Positions 38,780 to 40,677 of a stretch of DNA of 40,677 bases are shown one piece after another. The position numbers were made by a program, and so were the translations under genes. Below the pieces are notes generated by a model. The model saw nothing but the letters and a program-made list of their open reading frames with translations. It made no database searches and had not been told where the DNA came from. How positions within the stretch are numbered: position 1 is the stretch's first letter; each line of letters starts with the position of its first letter. The stretch is taken from positions 1 through 40,677 of the forward strand of contig JBKJOH010000338.1 of the NCBI GenBank assembly GCA_046593295.1, in the 5' to 3' direction. The stretch is from Polaromonas sp. Its GTDB lineage: Bacteria > Pseudomonadota > Gammaproteobacteria > Burkholderiales > Burkholderiaceae_C.

Positions 38780-40227
38780 ACGCCTCGGAGATCAGAAACC
38801 TTTTTGAGACTGCCGTACCCGAGGCTGCGCATGCTGAAACAGGACTCGAACTGGGGCATATGTACCTTCCCTCAGGGCATATCAAGGCCATAGCGCTGGA
38901 TCGCCCTATCGTTGTGGGAGATCGAGGAGCTGGAAAAAGTTTCTGGCTGAAAAGCCTTGTCGCCCCTGAGAGACGTCGCCTGATCGGTGAAATTTTTGAT
39001 GTGGCAGCACTATTGACTTGCGATGTCGTCACCGGGTTTGACCCGACCACCATCGGCGACTATCCTGATTCCAAAGTGCTAGCAGACCTGATTCAAAGAG
39101 AGATTGAGCCTGCCGACATCTGGTATACCGTGCTGATTCAGGCCTGCATCCCGGCTGCTATTCCAGATGCAACTATTTCATGGTCAGACAAAATTAAGTG
39201 GGTCAACACGCACGCCGAATCAGTCACAAGTAGACTCCGTGAAAAAAACCAAGCGCTCGTCAAGTCGGGCCGTAGCCTGCTAATCGCCTTTGACGGACTT
39301 GATCGGCTAGCTCCCCAGTGGGAAAATACTGTTTCGCTGGTTCGGGGACTCTTGCAAGCGCAGTTACATTTCGGCCAATATTCTCATCTTCGAACCAAAG
39401 CCTTCATTCGGCCCGACTTGTTTTCAGACTCTGAAATTCGCCGTTTCCCGGATGCCTCAAAGTTAATGTCCCTGGCGGTCAAACTCGAATGGCAAGCCAT
39501 CGATCTCTACGGTTTGATGTGGCAATATGCGGCTAATTCCACGAATAACATATTGAGCACCTCATTTCGTAAATTTTCGGAAACTCACGCCGGATTCCAA
39601 TGGCACTCAAACAATGGTCAGATATTCGTACTAGATGAAAAAATTCGACACAATGAATCAAAGCAGGAATTCCTTTTCCATTTGATTGCAGGAAAAACAA
39701 TGGGAGGAAAGCGAAGCGGCAACACCTGGACATGGTTGCCCAACCACCTCAGTGATGCGAATGGCTACACCAGTCCCAGGAGCTTTTTGGTCGCGCTACG
39801 TTCCGCTGCGGAAGATTCGAAAAAAAGAAAGTTCGTTGGCGCAGAGTACGCGCTACATCCGTCTTCGATCAAGGAGGGGGTATCCAAGGCCTCTGAAGTC
39901 AGGCGGAACGAACTTGAGGAGAATCTTCCGTGGATCACTGACATTTTCGAACCTCTAAGAGGTCTCCCTCTTCCGTCAAGAAAGCAAGACGTCGTAGCCC
40001 GCTGGAAGAAAAGCAAGACTCTTGACAAGATTCTCAATGCAAACGGGTCGAATAAAATTCAAGTCCCTCTCCCTGAGCAAGTTGTCGAAGGAGATTCTGG
40101 CTCTATTCTTCTTGCCTTGGCACAACTGGGATTGTGCCGACTGCTTTCTGATGGGCGGGTAGATTTCCCCGATATTGTCCGGGTCGATGCTGGCATGACG
40201 CGCAAAGGCGGTGTACCGGTCCGATAG
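38776..40227 (+). CDS. P-loop ATPase (Sll1717-like)
   Basis: Walker A VVGDRGAGKS, Walker B LIAFDGLD, FIRPD, SPRSFL, C-terminal PDIVR...RKGG. Confidence 0.75.
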   Translation: MNASEIRNLFETAVPEAAHAETGLELGHMYLPSGHIKAIALDRPIVVGDRGAGKSFWLKSLVAPERRRLIGEIFDVAALLTCDVVTGFDPTTIGDYPDSKVLADLIQREIEPADIWYTVLIQACIPAAIPDATISWSDKIKWVNTHAESVTSRLREKNQALVKSGRSLLIAFDGLDRLAPQWENTVSLVRGLLQAQLHFGQYSHLRTKAFIRPDLFSDSEIRRFPDASKLMSLAVKLEWQAIDLYGLMWQYAANSTNNILSTSFRKFSETHAGFQWHSNNGQIFVLDEKIRHNESKQEFLFHLIAGKTMGGKRSGNTWTWLPNHLSDANGYTSPRSFLVALRSAAEDSKKRKFVGAEYALHPSSIKEGVSKASEVRRNELEENLPWITDIFEPLRGLPLPSRKQDVVARWKKSKTLDKILNANGSNKIQVPLPEQVVEGDSGSILLALAQLGLCRLLSDGRVDFPDIVRVDAGMTRKGGVPVR

Positions 40228-40277
40228 TAGCGCCTGCGTCCGCACAAATTCAGCAGGTAAATAACAGAAAAATCGCA

Positions 40278-40677
40278 ATGACTTACTGCGTCGCCATCAA
40301 ACTCAACGCCGGACTGGTTTTTTTATCAGACTCGCGCACCAACGCGGGCCTCGACCACATCAGCACCTTCCGCAAAATGATCGTCTATGAGAAGCCGGGC
40401 GACCGCTTCATGGTGCTGCTGTCGGCCGGCAACCTGTCGATCTCGCAGTCGGTGCGCGAGATTTTGCAGATCGAGCAACTCAAGGACCACGGCAGCGGCG
40501 AACCGATCACGATCTGGAACGCGAAAAGCATGTTCGATGCAGCCCGCGTACTCGGCTCGGCCATTCGCCGCGTGCATGACCGGGACGCGGTCGCACTGCG
40601 CCACGCCGATGTTGATTTCAATGTGTCGCTGATCTTCGGCGGACAAATTCGCGGCGAGAAGATGCGGCTGTTCCAGA
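40278..40677 (+). CDS. Proteasome-type protease Anbu (Ntn hydrolase), truncated by the window end
   Basis: Hand translation MTYCVAIKLNAGLVFLSDSRTNAGLDHISTFRKM...SAGNLSISQ, with the catalytic Thr after Met. Absent from the ORF track because no stop lies in the window. Confidence 0.9.
   Translation, partial: MTYCVAIKLNAGLVFLSDSRTNAGLDHISTFRKMIVYEKPGDRFMVLLSAGNLSISQSVREILQIEQLKDHGSGEPITIWNAKSMFDAARVLGSAIRRVHDRDAVALRHADVDFNVSLIFGGQIRGEKMRLFQ

Noticed and set aside
1-40677. CRISPR array, tRNA or rRNA genes
   Set aside because: I saw no regularly spaced repeat-spacer pattern or RNA gene signature. The integrase target is mutS, not a tRNA.

Overview
Betaproteobacterial chromosome segment, Comamonadaceae-like (inferred from gene content and order). 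The core backbone is pmbA, yjgA/darP, mog, a LysM-FecR protein, cysE, a cNMP-binding protein, trmJ and suhB, then mutS and the 5' part of an Anbu proteasome-type protease. Three accessory blocks interrupt it. (1) 8.25-10.6 kb: an XRE-HTH/DUF6036-nucleotidyltransferase pair, a ccdA-like remnant and a HAD hydrolase. (2) A ~23.7 kb integrative mobilizable element (about 10687-34415) inserted in the HTPMM codons at the 5' end of mutS. It leaves an orphan mutS N-terminus at 10666 and supplies a replacement 5' end. It carries a tyrosine integrase, an excisionase-like protein, an RP4-like oriT with MobC and relaxase, ArdC, and a WYL-led defence operon (SNF2 helicase-DUF3883, DUF1156 methylase, DUF499 ATPase, small acidic protein, OLD nuclease, ankyrin protein). 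(3) A translationally coupled HEPN-like / KGGVGR ParA-like / P-loop ATPase triad between mutS and anbu, a candidate uncharacterised conflict system. Separately, a ~55 bp REP/MITE-like repeat occurs four times. One copy is intergenic and three are in-frame inside genes: they give near-identical peptides in MutS and TrmJ and, on the opposite strand, the predicted signal peptide of the LysM-FecR protein. All family calls come from motif recognition by eye, and alignments were counted by hand. No searches were run.
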